Source: Candidatus Poribacteria bacterium (GTDB lineage: Bacteria; Poribacteria; WGA-4E; WGA-3G). Taken from it: 64,000 bases of DNA. A program made the position numbers and the translations under genes. The notes beneath the pieces were generated by a model. It was not told the DNA's origin, made no database searches, and was given only the letters and a program-made list of their open reading frames with translations. The stretch is from contig OZ240248.1 of NCBI GenBank assembly GCA_965198235.1, positions 320,001-384,000 of the forward strand, read 5' to 3'. Of the stretch, positions 40,664 to 50,055 are shown one piece after another. How positions within the stretch are numbered: position 1 is the stretch's first letter; the number at the start of each line of letters is the position of its first letter.

Positions 40664-40713
40664 AGACGCTTTCCACTGAACATGACGAAGACGCTTTCCA
40701 CTGAACATGACGA
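40664..40713. repeat. Perfect 25-bp tandem duplication
   Basis: 'agacgctttccactgaacatgacga' x2 directly before the MTase RBS. Confidence 0.9.
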
Positions 40714-40727
40714 AAAGGAAAACATAA

Positions 40728-43700
40728 ATGCTTAACGTCCGGGAGACACGCCAATACCTCAAAGAATCCGACTTTGAAACCCTCTTTAACGAACTCGGTT
40801 GGGACAATCATGCCCAAACACTTCCCGTCACAGTAGATGAAACCGAATATCAACTTACTGCAATCGCCCAAAAACGTGGAATGGTTATTTTTCAGTGCTC
40901 AGCAACAGATGAAGGACATATCCCTGAACGTAAAACGCGCGAAAAGATCCAACGGCAAGTCGCAAAATCCTCTCATGAAAACTTCATCATCTACGCCAAC
41001 GCTGAGAAAACGACACAAATCTGGCAATGGGCAGGCCGAGAGCATGGAAAACCTATTACACGCCGTGAATACCCTTACGATCAGGGACAACCCGGTGAAC
41101 TCCTTATTCAAAAATTGCGTGCTATTGCCTTTGGTTTTGAAGAGGAAAAGCAGCTGACACTCCCTGACGTGATCGGACGCGTTCGGGCAAGTTTCGACGT
41201 TGAACGGGTCACCAAACGTTTCTATGACCGTTTCAAAAAAGAACATGACGCATTCCTTAAATTCCTCACGGGTATCCCAGACGAAGAGATGCAACGCTGG
41301 TATGCCTCCGTGATGCTCAACCGTCTGATGTTTATCTATTTCATTCAGAAGAAAAGTTTTCTGAACAACGACATAGACTACCTACACAACAAACTGACAG
41401 AGAGCAAAGAGAAGGGCAGTAACCAATACTACAAGGAATTCCTCTGTCCGCTTTTCTTTGAAGGATTCGCCAAACCGGAAGCCGAACGGCGCAGTGAAAT
41501 GCGTCGCCTACTTGGGAAAATCCCCTATCTCAACGGCGGCATCTTTCAAAAACACCAACTTGAGACACTCCACGGCGAAAACATTGAGATCCCCGACACT
41601 GCATTTGAGAAGCTTTTCAGGTTCTTTGAGCAGTACCAGTGGCATCTCGACGACCGTCCACTACGAAACGATAACGAGATCAACCCCGATGTCCTCGGCT
41701 ATATCTTTGAAAAATACATCAACCAGAAGCAAATGGGTGCTTACTACACCAAAGAGGACATCACAGACTATATCAGCAAAAATACGATAATTCCGTTCCT
41801 TTTTGATGCAGCACGAAAATCGTGCAAAATCGCCTTTGAAGGTGATACCGCTGTTTGGCAACTGCTGCAAGAAGACCCAGACCGTTATATCTACGAAGCC
41901 GTCAAAAAAGGGGTCGGATTGGATTTACCACCAGAAATTGCTGCCGGCATTGACGATGTCTGCAAACGCACCGACTGGAACAAGCCTGCATCCAATGATC
42001 ACGCTTTACCGACAGAGATCTGGCGGGAGGTCGTCGCACGGCGGCAGCGTTATGAAACCGTCCGAGCCAAACTCGCAAATGGAGAGGTCCGCGATATCAA
42101 CGATCTGATTACCTATAATCTCAACATCCGCCAATTCTCGCAGGATGTCATCGAAAACTGTGAGGGACCCGAATTGCTCCGCGCCTTCTGGAAAGCCATC
42201 ACCGAAGTGACTATCCTTGATCCCACTTGCGGCTCTGGCGCGTTCCTCTTTGCTGCTCTCAACATCCTCGAACCGCTCTACGAAGCGTGTCTGGATCGGA
42301 TGCAAGTCTTCTTAGACGAGGGTGGCGTGATCTCCAAATCACGCCCCTCCCGTAGATACAATGACTTCCGCGAAATCCTTGAACGCATTGACGAGCACCC
42401 GAACCGAGAGTATTTCGTCCTCAAATCCATCATCATCAACAACCTCTATGGTGTGGACATCATGGACGAGGCGATTGAGATTTGCAAGCTCCGTCTCTTC
42501 CTCAAAATGGTGGCACAGATCGAGGACGTGAGACGGATAGAACCACTGCCGGATATCGACTTTAACGTGCAGGCAGGCAATACTCTTGTCGGCTATGCGA
42601 CTTATGACGAGGTGAAAAATGCCGTCAGCAGTAATTTTGACTTTGACGACACGATGAAGCGTATTGAAGAGAGGGCTGAGGACGTTGAATACCTGTTTGA
42701 ACAGTTTCGCAAGCAACAGACCGAATTGGGTGGCACTGTGACGCTTGCTGACAAACAAGCACTGCAGGATAAACTCGAGGCATTAGAAGACGAACTCAAC
42801 GGATACCTTGCTGGAGAATACAAAGTAGATATGAACAAACAATCTGCTTACGAAAAGTGGCTAAATTCACACAAGCCTTTCCACTGGTTTATTGCCTTTT
42901 ACGGTATTCTTGAAGACGGTGGATTTGATGTCATTATCGGCAACCCGCCGTATAAGGAATATAGTGAGGTGAAGAAAAAATACACTGTAATAGAATATAA
43001 AACCGAAAAGTGTGGGAATTTGTATGCCATGTCAATTGAAAGGTCTTTTGGTTTAAGCAGAGGCCCAGTCGGAATGATCGTTCAACTCCCATTAGTATGC
43101 ACTGATCGCATGATACCAGCACAGTCACTTTTCAAATCTTCAAATAGGAAAAGCTGGTTTGCTAATTTTGATGATAGACCGGGAAAGCTCTTTGATGACT
43201 TACAACACATACGCGCCACCATCTTTCTTACTACACAAGAGAATGATTTGGACACTGCTATTCTATATTCCACTAAATATAATAGATGGTTCACAGAAGT
43301 CCGATCCATCTTGTTTGACGGTATAGTTTATGATGACATTACAGATTTTTGCACTGAGGGTGCGTTTCCCAAGATAGCGGATTCTGTGGAGAAACGCGTT
43401 GCTAGTAAACTCAGGAATGCTAAAAAACCTATTTTGACATTTAAGACTGGGAAATATTTTTGCCATTTTCACAATTCCCCTCAATATTGGATTCGGGCAA
43501 CCGATTTCATACCATATTTCTGGAACGAACAGGATGGAGAGAAAATTTCAACTCATGTTAAACCTTTGCATTTAACAACTGCATTAGATGCATCCATAGT
43601 CGCAGCAACTTTAAACAGTTCGCTTTTTTATTGGTGGTTTGTTATTCTTTCCAATTGCCGCGACTTAACTTTGCGTGAGGTTAGAAGTTTTCCAATCGCT

Positions 43701-43967
43701 GTTGATCAAATGGATAAGGTTTTCAAACAAATTCTTTCCGAACTTTCCGCTGACTTAATGCAAGATTTGAAACATCATGCACAGCGAAAGGAAACCAATT
43801 ATAAGACCACCGGCAAGGTAGTCTATGATGAATTTTTCCCACGTCATTCCAAACCTATCATAGACGAAATTGACCGTGTGCTTGCCCAACATTATGGCTT
43901 CACAGACGAGGAATTAGACTTCATCATCAACTACGACATTAAGTATCGTATGGGCTTGGGGAACTGA
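40728..43967 (+). CDS. Eco57I-like N6-adenine DNA methyltransferase with TRD
   Basis: 'GAYYT', motif I 'DPTCGSGAF', motif IV 'GNPPY'. Confidence 0.9.
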   Translation: MLNVRETRQYLKESDFETLFNELGWDNHAQTLPVTVDETEYQLTAIAQKRGMVIFQCSATDEGHIPERKTREKIQRQVAKSSHENFIIYANAEKTTQIWQWAGREHGKPITRREYPYDQGQPGELLIQKLRAIAFGFEEEKQLTLPDVIGRVRASFDVERVTKRFYDRFKKEHDAFLKFLTGIPDEEMQRWYASVMLNRLMFIYFIQKKSFLNNDIDYLHNKLTESKEKGSNQYYKEFLCPLFFEGFAKPEAERRSEMRRLLGKIPYLNGGIFQKHQLETLHGENIEIPDTAFEKLFRFFEQYQWHLDDRPLRNDNEINPDVLGYIFEKYINQKQMGAYYTKEDITDYISKNTIIPFLFDAARKSCKIAFEGDTAVWQLLQEDPDRYIYEAVKKGVGLDLPPEIAAGIDDVCKRTDWNKPASNDHALPTEIWREVVARRQRYETVRAKLANGEVRDINDLITYNLNIRQFSQDVIENCEGPELLRAFWKAITEVTILDPTCGSGAFLFAALNILEPLYEACLDRMQVFLDEGGVISKSRPSRRYNDFREILERIDEHPNREYFVLKSIIINNLYGVDIMDEAIEICKLRLFLKMVAQIEDVRRIEPLPDIDFNVQAGNTLVGYATYDEVKNAVSSNFDFDDTMKRIEERAEDVEYLFEQFRKQQTELGGTVTLADKQALQDKLEALEDELNGYLAGEYKVDMNKQSAYEKWLNSHKPFHWFIAFYGILEDGGFDVIIGNPPYKEYSEVKKKYTVIEYKTEKCGNLYAMSIERSFGLSRGPVGMIVQLPLVCTDRMIPAQSLFKSSNRKSWFANFDDRPGKLFDDLQHIRATIFLTTQENDLDTAILYSTKYNRWFTEVRSILFDGIVYDDITDFCTEGAFPKIADSVEKRVASKLRNAKKPILTFKTGKYFCHFHNSPQYWIRATDFIPYFWNEQDGEKISTHVKPLHLTTALDASIVAATLNSSLFYWWFVILSNCRDLTLREVRSFPIAVDQMDKVFKQILSELSADLMQDLKHHAQRKETNYKTTGKVVYDEFFPRHSKPIIDEIDRVLAQHYGFTDEELDFIINYDIKYRMGLGN

Positions 43968-43992
43968 CGGAGCCAGAGGACAGAATTTCATC

Positions 43993-44582
43993 ATGAAAAC
44001 CACTGATAATGTCTCCTGTGAATTGCGAAAAATTGAGAAGGAAATAGACAACTATTACAAATCTAATCCTTTGGTTAAGCTGCCATTTGTAACTGCCGCG
44101 TGGTCTTTGTTAACGTCTGCTGAAAATTGGGGACGAATGCAAACAAGGTCTGATAGCCGAACACAGTCACAGACAATAATAGCTGACGATCTTGTTAATG
44201 AACTTAAGTATCCTATGTACTGGTTATACAAAGTCTGCAAACCAGGCGGTCAAATCCCTTTTGTTATAAGTTAAACCCAAAAATTGTTTCTGATACGAGA
44301 ACGGTTTTGAGACCTCTATTTGATAGAATGTTTTCGTTACCTGGTGAGTGGCAATTTAGCCGTTACTCGTTGGCGGATTTTCGCAAAGTTTTTGAGACTA
44401 TTTCAGTTATGGCATATATTCGCAGCATAGCACAAACAATAGCTATAACTCGGGAATGTGTTGATATGGGCTTTGCTGACAGCATTTATAGTGGATTTTG
44501 TAATTACTTAATTACTTATACACCTTCGATCAGCACTCAACCCCCTAACCCCCTTATCAGGGGAATTTGGAAACCTCGTTAA
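43993..44582 (+). pseudogene. Fragmented hypothetical gene
   Basis: Two short AT-rich same-strand ORFs; the second ends in a palindromic repeat. Confidence 0.4.
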
Positions 44583-44770
44583 TGGGGCACTTACTGGTAA
44601 ATGTTCCTACGCTCATAGGCGTTACACTGTGATCGAATCGAGGAATGCCTTACGGTTCAGCAGATTATTGCCGAAGACAATGCAATCATCGCAGATGACC
44701 CGTCCGCCACATGAACCAAAAGGGAACACCCCCGATAATTGCGCTTATCGGACGAACCTTCCATTCTTAT

Positions 44771-45550
44771 TTACCTGTCCTGGACTTTGATGCTTGCCCA
44801 GGTGACGGCGAGTTTCTCTGAAGCGTCAACAGCGAGTATGCGGAGCAATCCTTGATTCATAATGTCCTTGATATCACCTTCGCTCAATGCGACACTGAAA
44901 ACCCCCGCCTCATCAATAACGCCGGGCAGATTGAAGTCGTTGATGTCACCGCCAATGGTAAGCGGGTGTTCGGTGACGGCAGGTTTGTCGGAGTGTGTCG
45001 CTGTACCTTCAAGAATTCCATCTATATATACGCTACTGACTTTTAGATCGTACGTGCCAGCAATGTGATGCCATTTTCCGTCGGCCACCGAGGTTTTTGA
45101 TTCTATCACCTGATTCTCAGCCCCGGGCCCCGTCATGTGGGCATGGTGTACACGACCGTCAGGACTTACCCAAAATCCGTAATGACCTGCATGTCCGGGA
45201 TTTCTTTTGATAATAACACCACTCCACTTTCCTGGGGGCTCTGGGGCTTTCACCCAGGCGACCAAGCTGTAGGTTTCCAGGTTCAAGTCATCATGATGTT
45301 CAACTTCAACCATGGCACTCCCGTCAAACTCAAGTGCCGTGTCAAACTTGCCTGTGACCCATTTGACCTTGTCCGGAATTTTCCCATCATGCCCATTTCC
45401 AGAAAAATCTCCGGCTATATCACCCTTACCCTCATCAAACGTCCAGATCGCCACTATAGTTTGAGGATCTATCTCAGCATAATTTGAGCCAACCCACATG
45501 CCAAGAGCGATCAGCGAAAACACACCAATCAGCAAAGATTTGACCTTCAT
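44771..45550 (-). CDS. Secreted LamG-like jellyroll protein
   Basis: 'IWTFDE', 'SGNGHDG', 'WHHIAGTYD', C-terminal 'EKLAVTWASIK'; AGGAGG RBS. Confidence 0.9.
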   Translation of the reverse strand: MKVKSLLIGVFSLIALGMWVGSNYAEIDPQTIVAIWTFDEGKGDIAGDFSGNGHDGKIPDKVKWVTGKFDTALEFDGSAMVEVEHHDDLNLETYSLVAWVKAPEPPGKWSGVIIKRNPGHAGHYGFWVSPDGRVHHAHMTGPGAENQVIESKTSVADGKWHHIAGTYDLKVSSVYIDGILEGTATHSDKPAVTEHPLTIGGDINDFNLPGVIDEAGVFSVALSEGDIKDIMNQGLLRILAVDASEKLAVTWASIKVQDR

Positions 45551-45742
45551 CTTATATCCTCCTACTGAGGTGTCATCAGACACCGCATCGATCATTGAAG
45601 GGTTTTGTCTAACTAATAATGCGGGCGGTAAACCCACTTAACCGCGCTGCACCACAATCAACTATAAATGATAACATATAGTAGCAATACCTTCGCCAAA
45701 AAAGTTGAATATAGTAGATTCTGTAATTACTTATACATTTTT

Positions 45743-45905
45743 GTGATAGACCCAAGCCTAAAGACTTGGGCTTCTGCAAATATTAAGCAGAAGCATTTGT
45801 GGAATTGAGAAGCGGACTACACGCTTCAACGGAGCAGCCGACAATCCTGTTGAACAAAACAATCGGTCTTACGACTCCTAACCCAAAGGAAGCTACCCCT
45901 TCCTT
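45743..45905 (-). ncRNA. Putative omegaRNA (reRNA) scaffold
   Basis: Overlaps the tnpB 3' end and the right end; 'GGAGTCGTAAGACC...GGCTGCTCC' stem; boundaries approximate. Confidence 0.6.
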
Positions 45906-46994
45906 AAGAATGTTCAGAGCAGCGTTCTCGTCGCGGTCGAGGTGTGTTCCACAACTTGGACACGTCCATTCCCTGTCTGAGAGCGTGAGGCTTTGATTTT
46001 TATGTCCACACACATAACAGCACTTTGTGGTCGGCGACCACCGATTGATTTTCAGCACAGACCGTATCCGCTTTTTGCTTTGGTGTTTGAGTTTCTGCAG
46101 AAACTCACCGAAGGCGAGGTCAGACACCTGTTTACCCCAAAGTTTTTTCATACCCTGAAGGTTCAAATCTTCAAAGAACAGGATGTCAAACTGACGACAG
46201 AGTTTTATCGCAAGTTTCCAGTGGTGGTCTATCCTTTGATTCGCCGTTTTCTTATGGATACGGACAACGTTCTTACGTTCTCGTTCCTGATTGTTAGAAC
46301 CTTTGACTTTATGAGAATATACCTTTTGTGCAGTTGCCAACTTTTCAGCGTTGAGTTTGTAGAACATTGGCGATATTTCTCGGTGTCCGCTACTGGTAGT
46401 CAGGAAGTCTTTGATTCCAAAGTCGAACCCTTCAGCTTGACCCGTCTTGGGTTCATATCTGACTTCACTATAATCTTCAGTGAGCGTGATATACATATCT
46501 CCAAGTGCGTCTCTTGTAACCTGAACGCGTTTGATTTTTCCCTGTATCGGGCGGTGCAGCGCGAACCGATACCAACGTCCGTTGAGTCGGATTTTATACG
46601 TCGGGTGATTTCGCTTATGTTTGTGTTTATCGGAAACTTTTTCTATCGCAATCTGTTCGCCAGAGAACGTCATGCCTCTATGTTTCTGACACTTCTTGAA
46701 CTTCGGGTGACCTTTGCCAAGGGTTTTCATTTCTTTGAAACTCTGTGCCAAGCGTTTGAGTATGTTTTGAAGACTCCACGAGTATGGGATATTCCAATGT
46801 TGGTATTTCTCAAGCTTTTTCAGCCGCGTCAAATGTTTCGACATCTTGGAATACGACAAGTCCTTACCATACCGACGGTAATATCGCCGAGACAACGCAT
46901 TGAAATGATTCCGAACAACGCCACAGATATTCAGGTCATCCTGGAGATGCTTCAAAGAGGTATCACGAAAAAGTTTATGTGTGGTGTTTCGCAT
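45783..46994 (-). CDS. tnpB: RNA-guided endonuclease TnpB
   Basis: RuvC D-E-D ('GFDFG', 'FFEDLN', 'DRDENAA'), Zn ribbon CxxC...CPSC. Confidence 0.93.
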   Translation of the reverse strand: MRNTTHKLFRDTSLKHLQDDLNICGVVRNHFNALSRRYYRRYGKDLSYSKMSKHLTRLKKLEKYQHWNIPYSWSLQNILKRLAQSFKEMKTLGKGHPKFKKCQKHRGMTFSGEQIAIEKVSDKHKHKRNHPTYKIRLNGRWYRFALHRPIQGKIKRVQVTRDALGDMYITLTEDYSEVRYEPKTGQAEGFDFGIKDFLTTSSGHREISPMFYKLNAEKLATAQKVYSHKVKGSNNQERERKNVVRIHKKTANQRIDHHWKLAIKLCRQFDILFFEDLNLQGMKKLWGKQVSDLAFGEFLQKLKHQSKKRIRSVLKINRWSPTTKCCYVCGHKNQSLTLSDREWTCPSCGTHLDRDENAALNILKEGVASFGLGVVRPIVLFNRIVGCSVEACSPLLNSTNASA

Positions 46995-47092
46995 GGTCTA
47001 TCAAGTCTCAAGTCTTTAACCCCTATGTAGTGGGTAGGCAGACACGTCACCAAGAGGTGACGCTACATATGTCTGCCAACTTGATACTCTTA

Positions 47093-47121
47093 ATTATACC
47101 ACATTTTTAGACCAAAGTCAA
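47093..47121 (-). promoter_or_regulatory. Sigma70-type promoter of tnpB
   Basis: TTGACT-17nt-TATAAT; the same architecture occurs at 52194-52222. Confidence 0.7.
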
Positions 47122-47430
47122 GGAAAAATGAACGCTTGGGTCCTTTCCAAAAAGGCGGTGTCTACATCCCAAACCTGAAGGATTGGGTTTTGACACCGAA
47201 GTTAGATAAGATTTCAGAGCAAACTTCTGAGAAACCTTCTGCAAAAACCGCCTAAAATCCAGTCACCGTATGGGTTTACGGCTTTTTCAGAAATCCATCA
47301 CTTTTCAGATTTACTCTGAATACTCTGAAACGCGTGCTATTTCCTTTCCAGAATTTTTGTGTAATGCGGTTGCACGCATTCCCAACTTCTGTTAAAATAG
47401 TAGGTAAGCGAAAGGAGTTCTAAACATTCT

Positions 47431-47634
47431 ATGAAAACTGCACAGGCCACAAACACAGCCAACGAAAAACCGAGGCAACGCCTTACTTTTCCTACCTATA
47501 ATGAAGAGGACATCCTTAACTGGGATGCTGCTATAGTCACCCCACCGCCGCGTCAATCCGGCACAATACGGGTTAAGTTGAAATATAAGGGACGCAGTAA
47601 ACCAATTTCCGTTGAAAACTTTTGGGAGGAGTAG
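47431..47634 (+). CDS. Small hypothetical protein
   Basis: AAGGAG RBS, promoter-like 'ttgcac...taaaat' upstream, 67 aa. Confidence 0.55.
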   Translation: MKTAQATNTANEKPRQRLTFPTYNEEDILNWDAAIVTPPPRQSGTIRVKLKYKGRSKPISVENFWEE

Positions 47635-47665
47635 GTAAATGATTAATACAGTGAAGGAGACTGCA

Positions 47666-48160
47666 ATGAAATTAATCATGACTTTGGTTGTAATGCTTCT
47701 GTTATTTACCGCGCCTGCGTTCAGCGAACTCACCTCAGCAGACATTAATAAGATCCGATTAATTGTCAAGGAAGAAATTGAGGCATCCGAGACACGCATG
47801 AAAGAATACGCTGACGCATCCGAGACGCGAATGCAGAAACATTTTGAGGCATCCGAGACACGAATGCAGAAATACCTTGAGGCATCCGAGACACGCATGA
47901 AAGACCATGTCTCTGAACAAATTAAAGCGGTCAACATCACAATCACAGAAATGGACAAACGTCTGAACCAGATTTTTACGTTGGTTATTGCTTTGGTAGC
48001 TTTCATTGCCGTGGTCATCGGAATACCTCAGATCCTCGTTGCACTACAACGAAGAGATGTCCGCTCACAAAACGAAAAAATTGAGGCACAGCAACAACAG
48101 ATCGAAGCATTGGAAAGAGAAATGGAAGCGTATAGGCAAGACCGCATGGTCGGACCTTAA
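47666..48160 (+). CDS. Coiled-coil membrane protein with four 11-aa repeats
   Basis: Signal peptide, (E/D)ASETRM x4, TM helix, C-terminal coiled coil; AAGGAG RBS. Confidence 0.75.
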   Translation: MKLIMTLVVMLLLFTAPAFSELTSADINKIRLIVKEEIEASETRMKEYADASETRMQKHFEASETRMQKYLEASETRMKDHVSEQIKAVNITITEMDKRLNQIFTLVIALVAFIAVVIGIPQILVALQRRDVRSQNEKIEAQQQQIEALEREMEAYRQDRMVGP

Positions 48161-48166
48161 AAAGTT

Positions 48167-48691
48167 ATGGAAATCGCCGATCTCAAACAACGCATTGCAC
48201 AAGGTGAAAACACCACGACCGAATTCAAAGAGAGCTTTGATCAGGAGGCTATTGAGACCGCTGAACCGACTCACAACCCTGTAAACCCCACTTTGAGTCA
48301 ATTGATGTTTGATGTCGGTTTCATTGAACGGTACGGTGCCGGCATCAGGATGATGAAAAGGCTATCTGAGGAATGGGGAAACAAAGAACCGCGTTATGTG
48401 TTTCACCCGCTTGAAACCAAAATCATCTTTGATTCACCGATTCAAGAGACAACTTTCATAGAGATCGATGATATTTCAGAACAGTTGAACGAGCGTCAAA
48501 AGAATGCCTTGTTTCACGTCCAAAAGAACGGGCAAATTGCGACAAGAGAATACGCGGAGATCAACCATATTTCGCCCAGGACTGCCTATACCGAGCTCAA
48601 GGATTTAACAGACAAAGGGCTATTGACTGCAGTAGGAAAGGGAAGAGGAATTAGGTACGTCCGAAAAGTGGACGATCAGGTAACCGATTAA
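48167..48691 (+). pseudogene. Internally deleted AlbA_2/HATPase_c_4/HTH protein
   Basis: 'GENTTTEFKES' joined directly to 'NPTLSQLM...IERYGAGI' and a wHTH. Confidence 0.7.
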
Positions 48692-48743
48692 TTGCGTGAT
48701 TAATTGCGTGATTAACTACGCGAACATAAGAAGTAGGACCCAC

Positions 48744-50054
48744 ATGTCGGAGCAAACGATCACAGGCATTACCAAGATAGCAGTAAAGGGTTTCAAGTCG
48801 ATAGCGGAGGAGTGCGCGATTGACATCCGTCCGTTGACAATCCTTGCCGGCGCGAACAGTTCCGGGAAATCCAGCATCATGCAACCGCTCTTGATGCTAA
48901 AGCAGACGCTGGAGGCACCCTATGATCCAGGACCCCTAAAAATTGACGGACCGAACGTTCAATTTACTGAGGCAGCACAATTTTTATCGATGTTACCCCG
49001 TGAAAAGAGAACAGATCGTTTTCAGGTTACGGTTGCAAGTACGCACATTGAAAGCAGGGGTACTGAACGCTCCATTTCAGTAGAGACAACTTTCAGAGAG
49101 GGAAAGGGCGGAATTGAAATTGTTAAAATGACAATTAAGGCAAAGTCTAAACCTGACGAACCACTGCGTACCATGCATTTCACCTTGACCCCTGAGATGT
49201 CCGTTGAAGAAATTAAGTCCTTGAGTAACCAGGGTTTGATACTCAAGGGTCACGATTCTGTCAAGCGTTCACGCTGTTTTTTACGTTTGGAGTCTCAACA
49301 TAGTCGTGTGCTCTTTAACACTACCGCTTACCTTGAGTCCTGTATTTTCAACAGCATTCACCTACCTGGATTACGCGGTAGCCCAGAACGCACCTATAAA
49401 TTCACCAGCACCGGTCCCCGGTATTCCGGCACGTTTGAAAATTATGCTGCGAGCGTCATTCACGAGTGGCAGGAGATGAAAGACAAACGCCTGAAAATGG
49501 TAGTTGATGCACTCTATACGCTTGGATTGACGGGAAAAGTGGGCACCCAAAAAGTCGGTGATATCGGTATTGAACTTCAAGTCGGTCGTCTCCGCCATGA
49601 TCGAAACAATGAAACAGATATGGTCAACATCACCGATGTGGGATTCGGGGTGTCCCAAGTCCTACCTGTTTTAGTCGCCGTGATTGTCGCGGAACCCGGG
49701 CAGTTAGTCTATCTCGAACAACCCGAACTGCACCTCCATCCCCGCGCACAGGTCGCCTTAGCGCATGTGCTGGCAGATGCGGCGAAACGGGGGGTGCGCG
49801 TTGTCGCTGAGACGCATAGTTCACTGTTGCTTTTGGGGGTTCAAACGCTTATTGCCGAAGGAGATCTCTCGCCAGAGTTAGTCAAACTGCACTGGTTCAC
49901 ACGGCGCGAAGATGGCGTAACCGAAGTTAACAGTGCCGATGTGGATGAGGCGGGGGCTTACGGCGAGTGGCCCGAAGATTTTGCAGATGTCAGTCTCCGC
50001 GCTCAAAGTGGTTACATAAAGGCAGCACGGTCGCGTTTCGTTGAAGGGACATAG
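48744..50054 (+). CDS. ABC-type (AAA_21) ATPase with DUF3696-like C-terminus
   Basis: 'GANSSGKS', 'VGFGVSQ', 'LEQPELHLHP', 'ETHS', 'WPEDF'. Confidence 0.88.
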   Translation: MSEQTITGITKIAVKGFKSIAEECAIDIRPLTILAGANSSGKSSIMQPLLMLKQTLEAPYDPGPLKIDGPNVQFTEAAQFLSMLPREKRTDRFQVTVASTHIESRGTERSISVETTFREGKGGIEIVKMTIKAKSKPDEPLRTMHFTLTPEMSVEEIKSLSNQGLILKGHDSVKRSRCFLRLESQHSRVLFNTTAYLESCIFNSIHLPGLRGSPERTYKFTSTGPRYSGTFENYAASVIHEWQEMKDKRLKMVVDALYTLGLTGKVGTQKVGDIGIELQVGRLRHDRNNETDMVNITDVGFGVSQVLPVLVAVIVAEPGQLVYLEQPELHLHPRAQVALAHVLADAAKRGVRVVAETHSSLLLLGVQTLIAEGDLSPELVKLHWFTRREDGVTEVNSADVDEAGAYGEWPEDFADVSLRAQSGYIKAARSRFVEGT

Positions 50055-50055
50055 T

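Larger units (their letters stand above)
45743..47205 (-). mobile_element. IS200/IS605-family tnpB-only element (IS1341-like)
   Basis: Left-end hairpin CCCAATCC-TTCA-GGTTTGGG downstream of TTAT; right-end hairpin CCCAAGTC-TTTA-GGCTTGGG followed by TCAC; no tnpA. Confidence 0.85.

Noticed and set aside
40664-40713. CRISPR array (also considered 47780-47900 and 54205-54300)
   Set aside because: Tandem or coding repeats without unique spacers; no cas genes
36227-43967. Complete DISARM or BREX system
   Set aside because: No drmA/drmB (DUF1998), pglZ or brxC in the window
45993-47030. 345-aa ORF antisense to tnpB
   Set aside because: Shadow frame with no recognisable motifs; antisense ORFs are common opposite tnpB
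47210-47345. Leader-like sequence with ttcaga/tctgaa motifs
   Set aside because: No array or recognisable element follows; no function can be supported
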